From: Anaerotalea alkaliphila | GTDB lineage: Bacteria; Bacillota; Clostridia; Lachnospirales; Vallitaleaceae | Direction: 5' to 3' | Length of the DNA: 27,340 nucleotides | Assembly (NCBI RefSeq): GCF_010179735.1 | Contig: NZ_JAAEEH010000037.1 | Coordinates: 1-27,340, forward strand | In this document: positions 1 to 9,138 of the stretch, piece after piece | Layout of the letters: each line of letters opens with the position of its first letter | How positions within the stretch are numbered: position 1 is the stretch's first letter | The notes under the pieces: generated by a model | What the model saw: only the letters and a program-made list of their open reading frames with translations | Told to the model about the DNA's origin: nothing | Databases searched by the model: none | Program-made: the position numbers and the translations under genes

Positions 1-144
1 CTCGCTGTAAACAGGTCCGTGGAATAAATGCCGCTCCCTTGCATCACGCCCAAGACCAAAAAAGCACCAGCAATAGCTGGTGCCTATGTTATAAGTTTTT
101 CGGGACATTTTCAAAAACGCTTGACAGAAGGAAAACCGGAACCG

Positions 145-175
145 TTTGACAGGAAGGGAGCGGCTTTGCTAGAAT
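145..175 (+). promoter_or_regulatory. Sigma70-type promoter for the permease gene: -35 TTTGAC/TTGACA (145-151), 18-19 nt spacer, extended -10 TGcTAGAAT (167-175)
   Basis: Read directly from sequence. A GC-rich leader hairpin (about 186-232) partly overlaps the RBS GGAAAGGAG. Confidence 0.5.
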
Positions 176-242
176 GGGGATGCGGACCGCCCTTTTTTCC
201 GGGCGCTCCAGCAACATGCGAGCTGGAAAGGAGCAACATACG

Positions 243-1571
243 ATGTTGAAGATGTTTCAATTGAAGGAACACAATACGACGGTCCGGACGGAAGTGCTGG
301 CCGGGGTCACCACATTCATGACCATGGCCTACATCCTGATCGTGAACCCGCAGATCCTCTCCGCCGCGGGGATGGACCCGGGGGCCCTCTTCACCGCCAC
401 CGCCATCGCCTCCGTGGTGGGCACCGTGGCAATGGCACTGCTTGCCAACTACCCCTTCGCCCTGGCGCCGGGCATGGGGCTGAACGCCTTCTTCGCCTTC
501 AGCGTGGTCCTGGGCATGGGCTATTCCTGGCAGGTGGCCCTGACCGCCGTTTTCGTGGAGGGCCTGATCTTCCTCCTGCTTTCCGTCTTCAACGTGCGGG
601 AGGCCATGTTCAACGCCATCCCCCTGGACCTGAAATACGCGGTGAGCGCGGGAATCGGCCTCTTCATCGCCCTGATTGGTTTCGTGAATGCGGGAATTGT
701 GGTGGGGGACCCGGACACGCTGGTGACCATCAGCAAGGAGATGACCCAGCCCTCCATCGTGATCGCCGGCATCGGCGTGCTGCTGACCTCCATCCTGGTG
801 GTGAAGCAGGTGAAGGGCTCCATCCTCCTGGGCATCCTGGGGACCTGGGTCGTCGGGATCCTGGCGGAGCTCGGGGGCTGGTATGTGCCCGACATGGAGA
901 ACACCTTCTCCGTGATCCCCCAGAAGATCATCGGCACCGTTCCCAGCCTGGCCCCCATCGCCTTCCAGTTGGACTTCACCAAGCTGGTGGAGCTGGGCTT
1001 CTGGACGGTGGTGCTGTCCTTCCTTTTCGTGGACGTGTTCGACACCCTGGGGACCCTGATCGGGGTTTCCAGCAAGGCTGGCTTCCTGGACAAGGACGGG
1101 AAGCTGCCCAAGGCAAAAAGGGCCCTGTTGGCGGACGCCATCGGCACCACGGTGGGGGCCAGCCTGGGGACATCCACGGTGACCACCTATGTGGAAAGCG
1201 CCTCGGGCGTGGCGGACGGCGGAAGGACGGGCCTCACCTCCCTGACCACCGCGGCCCTGTTCCTGCTGGCCCTGCCCTTCGCCCCCCTTTTCATGGCGGT
1301 TCCCGCCTTCGCCACGGCCCCGGCCCTGATCGTGGTGGGATTCTACATGATGGAATCGGTGCTGAAGGTGGACCTGGACAACTTCGCCAAGGGCATCCCG
1401 GCGTTCCTGACCATCCTGGTCATGCCCATCACCTACAGCATCTCCGAGGGGATCGCCTTCGGCGTGATCTCCTACACCGTGATCCACCTCTTCACAGGCA
1501 AGGCCAAGGAGATGCATCCCCTGATGTACGTCCTCACCCTGCTGTTCCTGCTGAAGTTCATCTTCATCTGA
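243..1571 (+). CDS. NCS2/AzgA-family purine (guanine/hypoxanthine/adenine) permease
   Basis: ORF 174..1571. Chosen start is the ATG at 243, preceded by RBS GGAAAGGAG. The protein is polytopic membrane protein with AzgA/PbuG-like motifs (ILIVNPQIL, PFALAPGMGLNAFF, TTYVESASG). Confidence 0.85.
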   Translation: MLKMFQLKEHNTTVRTEVLAGVTTFMTMAYILIVNPQILSAAGMDPGALFTATAIASVVGTVAMALLANYPFALAPGMGLNAFFAFSVVLGMGYSWQVALTAVFVEGLIFLLLSVFNVREAMFNAIPLDLKYAVSAGIGLFIALIGFVNAGIVVGDPDTLVTISKEMTQPSIVIAGIGVLLTSILVVKQVKGSILLGILGTWVVGILAELGGWYVPDMENTFSVIPQKIIGTVPSLAPIAFQLDFTKLVELGFWTVVLSFLFVDVFDTLGTLIGVSSKAGFLDKDGKLPKAKRALLADAIGTTVGASLGTSTVTTYVESASGVADGGRTGLTSLTTAALFLLALPFAPLFMAVPAFATAPALIVVGFYMMESVLKVDLDNFAKGIPAFLTILVMPITYSISEGIAFGVISYTVIHLFTGKAKEMHPLMYVLTLLFLLKFIFI

Positions 1572-1583
1572 CGAAGTCCCGCA

Positions 1584-1642
1584 ACAAAAAAAGGGCTTCC
1601 CCGGTTCCAACATGACGGTTGGCACCGGGGAGCCCTTTTTTT
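1584..1642. terminator. Bidirectional rho-independent terminator (A-run, 12-13 bp GC stem GGGCTTCCCCGGT...ACCGGGGAGCCC, T-run)
   Basis: Palindrome flanked by A7 and T7, located between convergent genes (permease + strand, DUF1295 - strand). Confidence 0.8.
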
Positions 1643-1694
1643 GCGGACATCTCCGAATCGTCCCCTGCACGGAGGGGTCAAGGAAACGATTTGT

Positions 1695-2474
1695 TCACGG
1701 TTTGTTCACGGTGCCTGGCACCCTGGGGAAAAACTTGCTGGTCCTGGCGGCGTATTCCTGGAATTCCGGATTGTCCTTGTACTTGTTTTCCAGGAGGGGG
1801 ACGCCGGAGACGAAGAGGAGCAGCAGGGTGATGAACAGGGGGCTCAGGAAGAGCAGGGGGTTCCCGCTTCCGGAGAAGCCCAGCAGTCCGATGCCCCACC
1901 ACAGGACCGACTCCCCGAAGTAGTTGGGGTGCCGGGTCCAGGCCCAGAGCCCCGTCTGCATGATCCGGCCCTTGTGGGCGGGGTCCCGCTTGAAGGCCTT
2001 CAGCTGGGCGTCCCCCACCACCTCGAAGAAGAAGCCCACGGCGAAGACCCCCAGGGCAACCCAGTCCAGGAATCCCCAGTCCCCCCGGGCGAAGTGGAAG
2101 ACGGCCATGATGGGCTGGGCCACCAGGTAGAGGAAGATCCCCTGCAGCAGGTAGACCCGGAAGAAGGCGTTCAGGTGGGGATGGTCCCCCCAGCCCTTGC
2201 GCATGGCCACGTACCGGTAATCCTCCGGGGCGGACCAGTTCCGCCGGAAAAGGTGGAAGGTCAGGCGCAGGCCCCAGAGCAGCACCAGGAAGGTGGCCGC
2301 AACCATCCGCCAGGTGGGGGCGGGAGTGGCCAGGAAGTTGGCCAGGGCCACCCAGACGTAGCCCAACCCCCAGCCCACGTCCACAATCCCGTTATTCCTT
2401 TTCGCCTGGCCCACCAGGAAGAAGACCAGGAAATGCGCGGCCAATACCGATGTGGAAAGCAGATAGACGTTCAT
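1695..2474 (-). CDS. DUF1295-family polytopic membrane protein (steroid 5-alpha-reductase / ICMT / PEMT-like superfamily)
   Basis: ORF 1695..2474. Motifs [15 protein letters not shown] and a C-terminal ...LENKYK...[11 protein letters not shown] segment typical of DUF1295. RBS AGGAGG precedes the ATG. It lies 9 nt downstream of the previous minus-strand gene, so the two are likely co-transcribed. Confidence 0.7.
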   Translation of the reverse strand: MNVYLLSTSVLAAHFLVFFLVGQAKRNNGIVDVGWGLGYVWVALANFLATPAPTWRMVAATFLVLLWGLRLTFHLFRRNWSAPEDYRYVAMRKGWGDHPHLNAFFRVYLLQGIFLYLVAQPIMAVFHFARGDWGFLDWVALGVFAVGFFFEVVGDAQLKAFKRDPAHKGRIMQTGLWAWTRHPNYFGESVLWWGIGLLGFSGSGNPLLFLSPLFITLLLLFVSGVPLLENKYKDNPEFQEYAARTSKFFPRVPGTVNKP

Positions 2475-2483
2475 GGGAACCTC

Positions 2484-4262
2484 CTAGGGGGTCAGCAGGG
2501 AAATGGCGACACAGTCCTTCCCCGCGCTCATGGCGATGATGGTGGACACCTCGGCGACAAAGCGGGGGGGCTTCCCGATGAGCTCGGTGAACATCTCCTC
2601 GAACCGGGCAGCCTTCTCCGGAGCGCTGCCGTGGACCAGGCTGTACTCCAGGATGCCGTCCCGTTCCAGGATCTCCTGGACCACCTGCCGGATCTTTTTG
2701 GCGTTGGCCCGGTCGCTGTAGGCCTTCCCGAAGGCCACCCCCTTCCCTTCCCCGTCCAGGGAGACGATGGGCTTCACGTTCAGGACCTTGGCCAGCCGGC
2801 CTTTCATGGGGCTCACCCGTCCCCCCAGGACCATGTACTTCAAGGTGCTGACGCTGACGTAGATCTTGGTCCGGGGAATCATGGACCGGACCAGGTCCAC
2901 AACCTCCCGGTGGGATTGCCCCTGGTCGATGGCCTCCGCAGCCTTCAGGACCAGGAGACCCTCCGCCCCGGAATTCAGCCTGGAGTCGATGACGTCGATG
3001 GGCACCTCCCCGTCCGCGAACTTGCCTGCGGCCTGGACGAAGGTGTTGTAGGTGCCGCTCAGGGCCCCGGCCACGGTGATGGCCAGGATCGACTTGTAGT
3101 GGGTGGAGAGGAAGGCGAAGAGGTCCTCCACCTGCCGGTTGGTGGGCTGGGAGGAGGTGGGGTACTCGGTCAGCCCTTCCACCACCTGGTAAAAAGTGGG
3201 GGAGTCGATGGTCCGCTTGTCCAGGTAGGAGCTTCCCTCCATGGACACCAGCAGGGGCACCTGGTGCACCTGGTAGTTGTCCAGGATCTCCTGGGGGATG
3301 TCCGCGATGGAATCCGTCACCAGGGCGATGTCGTACTTCCGGTGGTTCACCACCTGCCGTTGCCGCTCCATGTCGTCCACCTTCTGCTCCAGGATGGCCC
3401 CGTGCCGCCGAAGCCTCGCAAAAACCGGGATGGGGGTGTCCGTGTGGATGTGGACCTTCATCTGCCGGGGGCCGCCGGCCACGATCAGGGAGTCCCCGAA
3501 GGGGAGCAGCTCCTCCTTCACCTGGTCCAGGGGCATGCCCTCCCCGGTGAGGAAGGCCTCCGTGCAGTACCGGTAGGTCAGGTCGAAGCCCTCGTCCGTC
3601 AGGTCCTCCGTCAGGTCCGGGGCCAGGTCCTCCTCCTCGGCCACCGCAACGCCGGACTGGAGGAAATCCAGGAAGCCCTCCAGGAAGTGGACGAAGCCCT
3701 TGGCGCCGGAATCCACCACGGACTTGGCCTTCAGGACCGCCAGTTTTTCCGGAGTGGTCCGCAGGGATTCCCTGGCGTCCTCCAGGGCCCGCCGGAGCAC
3801 CTCCACCAGGTCATGGACCTCCCGGGCGTAGGCGTACACCGCGTCGGCCCAGTCTTTGATCACCGTCAGCATGGTGCCCTCCACGGGATTGGAGATGGCG
3901 TGGTAGGCGTGGGGGACGGCGGAGCGGACCGAGGCGCTGAAGGCGGAAAGCTCCAGCTCCTCCTGCTCCTCCAATTCCTGGGTGATGCCGTTCAGGTATT
4001 GGGCGAAGATGGTCCCGGAATTCCCCCGGGCCCCGGAAAGGGCCGCGTCCGCGATGGACTGGAAGGTCTTCGCCGCATTCTCGTGGAGGACGGACTTGTG
4101 GATGATGGCGTGCATGGTGGACGCCAGGTTGGTCCCCGTGTCCCCGTCCGGGACGGGAAAGACGTTGATCCTGTTGAGGGGCTGCCGCTGGTTGATCACC
4201 GCATGGGCCCCCGAAACGAACGCGTGGTACAGGTCCTTGCTGCTTAAGGTCGTGACGGTCAT
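2484..4262 (-). CDS. Dak2 (DhaL/FakA-like kinase domain) fused to a DegV (FakB-like fatty-acid-binding) domain
   Basis: ORF 2484..4301. Start chosen at the ATG at 4262 (MTVTTLSS...), preceded by RBS GGAGGTG. The N-terminal part has the DhaL signature PDGDTGTNL. The C-terminal ~280 aa carry the DegV signature (DIALVTDSIADIP...GALSGTYNTF...KIYVSVSTLKYMVLGGR). Confidence 0.75.
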   Translation of the reverse strand: MTVTTLSSKDLYHAFVSGAHAVINQRQPLNRINVFPVPDGDTGTNLASTMHAIIHKSVLHENAAKTFQSIADAALSGARGNSGTIFAQYLNGITQELEEQEELELSAFSASVRSAVPHAYHAISNPVEGTMLTVIKDWADAVYAYAREVHDLVEVLRRALEDARESLRTTPEKLAVLKAKSVVDSGAKGFVHFLEGFLDFLQSGVAVAEEEDLAPDLTEDLTDEGFDLTYRYCTEAFLTGEGMPLDQVKEELLPFGDSLIVAGGPRQMKVHIHTDTPIPVFARLRRHGAILEQKVDDMERQRQVVNHRKYDIALVTDSIADIPQEILDNYQVHQVPLLVSMEGSSYLDKRTIDSPTFYQVVEGLTEYPTSSQPTNRQVEDLFAFLSTHYKSILAITVAGALSGTYNTFVQAAGKFADGEVPIDVIDSRLNSGAEGLLVLKAAEAIDQGQSHREVVDLVRSMIPRTKIYVSVSTLKYMVLGGRVSPMKGRLAKVLNVKPIVSLDGEGKGVAFGKAYSDRANAKKIRQVVQEILERDGILEYSLVHGSAPEKAARFEEMFTELIGKPPRFVAEVSTIIAMSAGKDCVAISLLTP

Positions 4263-4369
4263 AGGCACCTCCGATATCCGTTGAGAATGGTTTTCTTTCA
4301 TATGCGATAATGGTACCCCATCCTCCGGAAAAATGCAAGGGAAATCCGCCTGTGGAACCCCCTTCCGGC

Positions 4370-4397
4370 TTGCTTTTTGCGGGACAAAGGGTATAAT
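4370..4397 (+). promoter_or_regulatory. Candidate promoter for rmuC: -35 TTGCTT (4370-4375), 16 nt spacer, -10 TATAAT (4392-4397)
   Basis: Read from sequence. It sits about 50 nt upstream of the chosen rmuC start. Confidence 0.45.
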
Positions 4398-4447
4398 GGA
4401 TGCAATGGAAGCATCGCCATGGAAGCGATGGGAAAGGAAGGCTTGGG

Positions 4448-5668
4448 ATGGAACATGTTTTTGAAACCGCGGTGGTGTCCCTGCTGCTGGCGAACCTGCT
4501 GGCGGTGGTGTTCCTGGGTTCCAGGAACCAGGGGGAACGGATCCTCAGGGACCTGCACCGGCTGGAGGGGGAGACCCGGGAGGAGTTCGCAAGGAACCGG
4601 CAGGAGATGGGAAGCGCCTTCCAGGGGAACCGGGAGGAGATCGGGGAGCAGCTCTACCGCCTGATCCGGGGAAACGAGGAGCAGCTGGAGAAGATCCGGG
4701 AGACCTTCGAGCGCAGGCTCCTGGCCCTCCAGGAGGAGAACGGCCGGAAGCTGGAGGAGATGCGCAGCACGGTGGACGAGAAGCTCCAGAGCTCCGTGGA
4801 GAAGCGCTTCAACGAATCCTTCAAGGGCATCAGCCAGCGCCTGGACCAGGTCCACCAGGGCCTGGGGGAGATGCAGAACCTGGCCTCCGGGGTGGGGGAC
4901 CTGAAGAAGGTCCTCTCCAATGTGAAGACCCGGGGCACCTTGGGGGAGGTCCAGCTGGGGAACATCCTGGAGCAGTTCCTGGCACCGGACCAGTATCTGG
5001 TCAACGCCGCCACCCGGGAGGACACCCAGGAGCGGGTGGAATATGCGGTGAAGCTCCCCGGGGGCATGGACGGCAGGCCCCTGCTGCTGCCCATCGATTC
5101 CAAGTTCCCGGTGGAGGACTACCAGCGGCTCATGGACGCCTATGACCGGGGGGAGACGGGGCCGGCCCTGGAGGCCATCCTGCGCCAGTTCGAGGCCAGC
5201 GTCCGCAAGAACGCCAGGGACATCCTGGGCAAGTACATCCACCCCCCCACCACCACGGACTTCGCACTTATGTTCGTCCCCACCGAAGGCCTCTACGCGG
5301 AGGTCCTCCGCCGGCCGGGGCTCTTCGAGAGCCTACAGCGGGACCTGCGGATCACCGTGGTGGGCCCCGCCAACCTGATGGCCTTCCTGAACAGCCTCCA
5401 GATGGGCTTTAGGACCTTGGCCATCGAAAAAAGGTCCAGCGAGGTGTGGGAGGTCCTGGGCCGGGTGAAGACCGAGTTCGGGGCTTTCGGGGAGATCCTG
5501 GAGAAGACCAAGAAGAAGCTGCAGGAGGCCGCCAACGTCATCGACAAGGCGGGCACCCGGAGCCGGGCCATCCAGCGGAAGCTGAAGGACGTGGAATCCC
5601 TGCCCATGGACGGGGCAGACGCGGAGGAGCTTGCGCCCCTCTACGAGGTGGACGAGGACGACCGGTAG
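4448..5668 (+). CDS. rmuC: DNA recombination protein RmuC
   Basis: ORF 4400..5668. Start chosen at the ATG at 4448 (MEHVFETAVV...), preceded by RBS AAGGAAGG. The protein has an N-terminal TM segment, a coiled-coil region and the RmuC C-terminal domain (LPGGMDGRPLLLPIDSKFPVEDY...TDFALMFVPTEGLY). Confidence 0.8.
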   Translation: MEHVFETAVVSLLLANLLAVVFLGSRNQGERILRDLHRLEGETREEFARNRQEMGSAFQGNREEIGEQLYRLIRGNEEQLEKIRETFERRLLALQEENGRKLEEMRSTVDEKLQSSVEKRFNESFKGISQRLDQVHQGLGEMQNLASGVGDLKKVLSNVKTRGTLGEVQLGNILEQFLAPDQYLVNAATREDTQERVEYAVKLPGGMDGRPLLLPIDSKFPVEDYQRLMDAYDRGETGPALEAILRQFEASVRKNARDILGKYIHPPTTTDFALMFVPTEGLYAEVLRRPGLFESLQRDLRITVVGPANLMAFLNSLQMGFRTLAIEKRSSEVWEVLGRVKTEFGAFGEILEKTKKKLQEAANVIDKAGTRSRAIQRKLKDVESLPMDGADAEELAPLYEVDEDDR

Positions 5669-5698
5669 GGAAGGGCATGCAATGGAAGGAGGCGGCGT

Positions 5699-6673
5699 AT
5701 GGAGATCATAGAAAAGGACGTCCTGTTCACCAAATTCCAGTACCAGGGCAAGGGGAAGGGCAAAATCCAGGCCTATTCCTGGGAGCCGGTGCCGGGAAGC
5801 AGGACCCTGGGGGCGGTACAGATCGCCCACGGCATGGGGGAGAAGGCCATGCGCTACGCAGAGTTGGGGACCTTCCTGGCCGGACACGGCTTTGCGGTCT
5901 ACACCAACGACCACCTGGGCCATGGCAAGACCGCCAGGCACCGGAACCGGCTGGGGAAGCTTCCGGGGAAGGCCGGTTTCGACCGGATGGTGGAGGACAT
6001 GGAGGCCCTGACGGAGGTCATCCGGCACAGGCATCGGGACCTTCCCTTCCTCCTCCTGGGACACAGCATGGGCTCCTTCCTGGTCCAGCGGCAGCTCCAG
6101 CGGACCGGGAAGGGTCTGGCGGGGGCCATCCTCAGCGGTTCCGGCAAAGTCTCCACCGTACAGATGTTTCTGGCCGCCCTGCTTGCAAAGGAAGAGATGC
6201 TTCGCCTGGGACGCCATGCTCCTGCCCGGCTGCTCCACCGGCTCCTCTTCGAGGGGTTCAACAGGAAGTTCAGTCCCAACCGGACGGAGTCCGACTGGCT
6301 CAGCCGGGACGGGGACCGGGTGGACGCCTATGTGAAGGATCCCGGCTGCGGCTTCATCTGTTCCACCGGCTTCTACTACGCTTTTTTTCGGGGAATGGTC
6401 CGCCTCTGGAAAAGGGAGGAGCTTGGGAAGATGGACCGGAAGCTGCCCCTGCTGCTCCTGTCCGGAGACAAGGACCCCCTGGGGGATTTCGGGAAAGGGG
6501 TGCGGCGGCTGGCCAGGACCTACGAAAGGCTGGGTTTTTCGGATGTCACCCTGAAGCTGTACCCCGGCGGGCGGCACGAGATGTTCCACGAGACCAACCG
6601 GGAGGAGGTCATGGAGGACCTGCTGGCCTGGATGAAAGGGAGAATTTCCCCCTTGCCAACTTTTTCCGGATAA
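5699..6673 (+). CDS. Alpha/beta hydrolase (lysophospholipase / monoacylglycerol-lipase-like)
   Basis: ORF 5699..6673 with RBS GGAAGGAGG. It has the nucleophile elbow GHSMG, an HGxGEH-like N-terminal segment, and a C-terminal acid/His region (SGDKDPL...GGRHE). It starts 30 nt after rmuC, so it is probably co-transcribed. Confidence 0.7.
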   Translation: MEIIEKDVLFTKFQYQGKGKGKIQAYSWEPVPGSRTLGAVQIAHGMGEKAMRYAELGTFLAGHGFAVYTNDHLGHGKTARHRNRLGKLPGKAGFDRMVEDMEALTEVIRHRHRDLPFLLLGHSMGSFLVQRQLQRTGKGLAGAILSGSGKVSTVQMFLAALLAKEEMLRLGRHAPARLLHRLLFEGFNRKFSPNRTESDWLSRDGDRVDAYVKDPGCGFICSTGFYYAFFRGMVRLWKREELGKMDRKLPLLLLSGDKDPLGDFGKGVRRLARTYERLGFSDVTLKLYPGGRHEMFHETNREEVMEDLLAWMKGRISPLPTFSG

Positions 6674-6756
6674 GGTATACTTGAATCATCTATGAGACCG
6701 TATGACTGGCGGAAAGTGGGAGTACCCACAGGGAGTACGGGAATCGAATTATGCCG

Positions 6757-6807
6757 ACCGCCTGGGCAATGGACCGTGAAGGTTTCCTGCCTGGGCGGTC
6801 TTTTTGT
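6757..6807 (+). terminator. Rho-independent terminator after the hydrolase gene (12-bp perfect stem ACCGCCTGGGCA...TGCCTGGGCGGT, 19-nt loop, CTTTTTGT)
   Basis: Read from sequence. The loop is unusually long for a terminator. Confidence 0.6.
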
Positions 6808-6879
6808 ACTCATGGAAAGCCCCCGCAGCGCCTGCGCCCGAGGGGATTTTCCAGCCCTGACCATCGACGGAGGTAGGAA

Positions 6880-9108
6880 ATGGATTACAAGCAATGGCAT
6901 GATTTCAAGGAAGGCAAATGGACGTCGGCCATCGACGTGCGGGACTTCATCCAAACCAACTACAGCCCCTACGAGGGGGGAGAGGAGTTCCTGGCGGGCC
7001 CCACCCCCAGGACCCTGGAACTGGCGGCGAAGTACGACGCCCTCCGGCAGAAGGAGATCGAAAAGGGAGGCGTGCTGGACGTGGACACCAAGACCGTATC
7101 CTCCCTCCTGACCTTCCCCCCGGGATACCTGGACAAGGAAAAGGAGCTGATCGTGGGCCTCCAGACCGACGAACCCCTGAAGCGGGCCATCAACCCCTTC
7201 GGCGGGATCCGGATGGCCAAGGCAGCCTGCGAATCCTACGGCTACACCATGGACCCGGAGATCGAGAGGGAATTCGCGTTCAGGACCACCCACAACGACG
7301 GGGTCTTTAGGGTCTATTCCGAAGAGATGAAGACCGCCCGGAAGACGGGGATCATCACCGGCCTCCCGGACGCCTACGGCAGGGGAAGGATCATCGGGGA
7401 CTACCGGCGGGTGGCCCTCTACGGCATCGACGTCCTGGTGGAGGCCAAGAGGAGGGACCAGGCCCTGCTGCAGAAGGGCCGGATGACCGAGGAGACCATC
7501 CGCCTCCTGGAGGAGGTCTACCGGCAGATCGACTTCCTGGGCAAGCTGAAGTCCATGGCCGCCCTCTACGGGGACGACATCTCCCAGCCGGCCGCCACCG
7601 CCCGGGAAGCCATCCAATGGACCTACTACGCCTACCTGGCCTCCGTCAAGGAGCAGAACGGGGCGGCCATGTCCCTGGGGCGGGTGGGCACCTTCCTGGA
7701 CATCTACCTCCAGCGGGACATGGACCAAGGCGTCCTGGACGAGGAAAAGGCCCAGGAGCTCATCGACGACTTCGTGCTGAAGCTTCGGATGGTCCGGCAG
7801 CTCCGCACCGCGGAATACAACGACCTCTTCGCCGGGGACCCCAACTGGGTCACGGAAGCCATCGGAGGCATGGGGATGGACGGACGGACCCTGGTGACCA
7901 GGACCTCCTTTAGGATCCTGCACACCCTGGACAACCTGGACCCGGCCCCGGAGCCCAACCTGACGGTCCTCTGGTCCGAGCATCTGCCCGTGGGATTCAA
8001 GCGCTTCTGCGCCCGGATTTCCATCGAGACGGATTCCGTCCAGTACGAGAACGACGACCTCATGCGGCCCCTCTACGGGGACGACTACGGCATCGCCTGC
8101 TGCGTATCCGCCATGCGGATCGGGGAGCAGATGCAGTTCTTCGGGGCCCGGTGCAACATGCCCAAGATCCTGCTGCTGGCCCTGAACGGGGGACGGGACG
8201 AGATCTACGGATGCCCCATGGGCCCCCGGATGGAGCCTGTGGATGAGAAGCCCCTGGACTACGGGGAGGTCAGGGAGCGCTTCAGGACTTACCTCTCCTG
8301 GCTGGCCCGGCTGTATGCGGACACCATGAACGTGATCCATTACATGCACGACAAATACGCCTACGAGAAGACCCAGATGGCCCTCCACAACACCCAGGTG
8401 GAGCGGCTCATGGCCTTCGGCATCGCGGGACTCTCGGTCACCGCGGATTCCCTCAGCGCCATCCGGTACGCCCGGGTGACCCCGGTGAAGGACGAACGGG
8501 GGATCATCGTGGACTTCCGGGTGGAGGGGGAGTTCCCCATGTACGGGAACAACGACGACCGGGTGGACGGCATGGCGGCGGAGCTGGTCCGGGACTTCCT
8601 GGAGGAGCTGCAAAAGCATCCCCTCTACAGGAATGCCGTCCACACCCTTTCGGTCCTGACCATCACCTCCAACGTGGTCTACGGGAAGAAGACAGGCTCC
8701 ACCCCCGACGGGAGGAAGGCGGGGGAGCCCTTCGCCCCCGGAGCCAATCCCATGCACCATCGGGACACCAAGGGGGCCCTGGCCTCCCTGGCCTCCGTGG
8801 CCAAGATCCCCTACGACTGCTGCAGGGACGGGGTGTCCTGCACCTTCTCCATCCAGCCGGCCACCCTGGGCAGGGAGGAGGCCAGGCTGGACAACCTGGC
8901 GGCCATCCTGGACGGCTATTTCAGCCAGAAGGGACACCACATGAACGTGAACGTATTCACCCGGGAACATCTCCTGGACGCCATGGAGCATCCGGAGAAA
9001 TATCCCAACCTGACGGTCCGGGTCTCCGGCTACGCCGTCAACTTCAACCGTCTCAGCAGGGAACAGCAGCTGGAAGTGGTCAACCGAACCTACCACACCA
9101 GCTTGTAA
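6880..9108 (+). CDS. pflB: Pyruvate formate-lyase (formate C-acetyltransferase), glycyl radical enzyme
   Basis: ORF 6880..9108 with RBS GGAGGTAGG. It has the glycyl radical motif RVSGYAV near the C-terminus and the PFL-type adjacent active-site cysteines (IACCVSAM). It is 742 aa long. Confidence 0.9.
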   Translation: MDYKQWHDFKEGKWTSAIDVRDFIQTNYSPYEGGEEFLAGPTPRTLELAAKYDALRQKEIEKGGVLDVDTKTVSSLLTFPPGYLDKEKELIVGLQTDEPLKRAINPFGGIRMAKAACESYGYTMDPEIEREFAFRTTHNDGVFRVYSEEMKTARKTGIITGLPDAYGRGRIIGDYRRVALYGIDVLVEAKRRDQALLQKGRMTEETIRLLEEVYRQIDFLGKLKSMAALYGDDISQPAATAREAIQWTYYAYLASVKEQNGAAMSLGRVGTFLDIYLQRDMDQGVLDEEKAQELIDDFVLKLRMVRQLRTAEYNDLFAGDPNWVTEAIGGMGMDGRTLVTRTSFRILHTLDNLDPAPEPNLTVLWSEHLPVGFKRFCARISIETDSVQYENDDLMRPLYGDDYGIACCVSAMRIGEQMQFFGARCNMPKILLLALNGGRDEIYGCPMGPRMEPVDEKPLDYGEVRERFRTYLSWLARLYADTMNVIHYMHDKYAYEKTQMALHNTQVERLMAFGIAGLSVTADSLSAIRYARVTPVKDERGIIVDFRVEGEFPMYGNNDDRVDGMAAELVRDFLEELQKHPLYRNAVHTLSVLTITSNVVYGKKTGSTPDGRKAGEPFAPGANPMHHRDTKGALASLASVAKIPYDCCRDGVSCTFSIQPATLGREEARLDNLAAILDGYFSQKGHHMNVNVFTREHLLDAMEHPEKYPNLTVRVSGYAVNFNRLSREQQLEVVNRTYHTSL

Positions 9109-9138
9109 ACAGCAATCCATGAAAAGGAGCTTCATATT

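Noticed and set aside
1-242. Possible purine riboswitch or PurBox upstream of the purine permease
   Set aside because: I could not find the conserved purine-riboswitch junction elements (UAUA...three-way junction with the conserved loops) or a convincing PurR box. Only a generic promoter and a GC leader hairpin are visible.
111-1670. 519-aa ORF on the minus strand antisense to the permease gene
   Set aside because: Low-complexity G/P/H/D/E/Q-rich translation, typical of the antisense frame of a high-GC gene. It has no RBS or recognisable domain and fully overlaps a well-supported permease CDS.
1641-4247. 868-aa plus-strand ORF overlapping the DUF1295 and Dak2-DegV genes in antisense
   Set aside because: Same GC-driven artifact (G/P/V/H/D/L-rich, no motifs). 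The two minus-strand genes it overlaps have strong family signatures and RBSs.
4263-4447. Alternative longer start for rmuC at 4400 (MQWKHRHGSDGKGRLG...)
   Set aside because: The ATG at 4400 overlaps the predicted -10 region and has no RBS. The ATG at 4448 has a good RBS and gives the typical RmuC N-terminal TM helix.
5446-6684. 412-aa alternative-frame ORF overlapping the hydrolase gene (also 16703..17356, 17490..18875, 22128..22895, 23050..24003 and similar)
   Set aside because: These are out-of-frame, Arg/Gly/Pro-rich translations of real genes. The in-frame products have clear family motifs.
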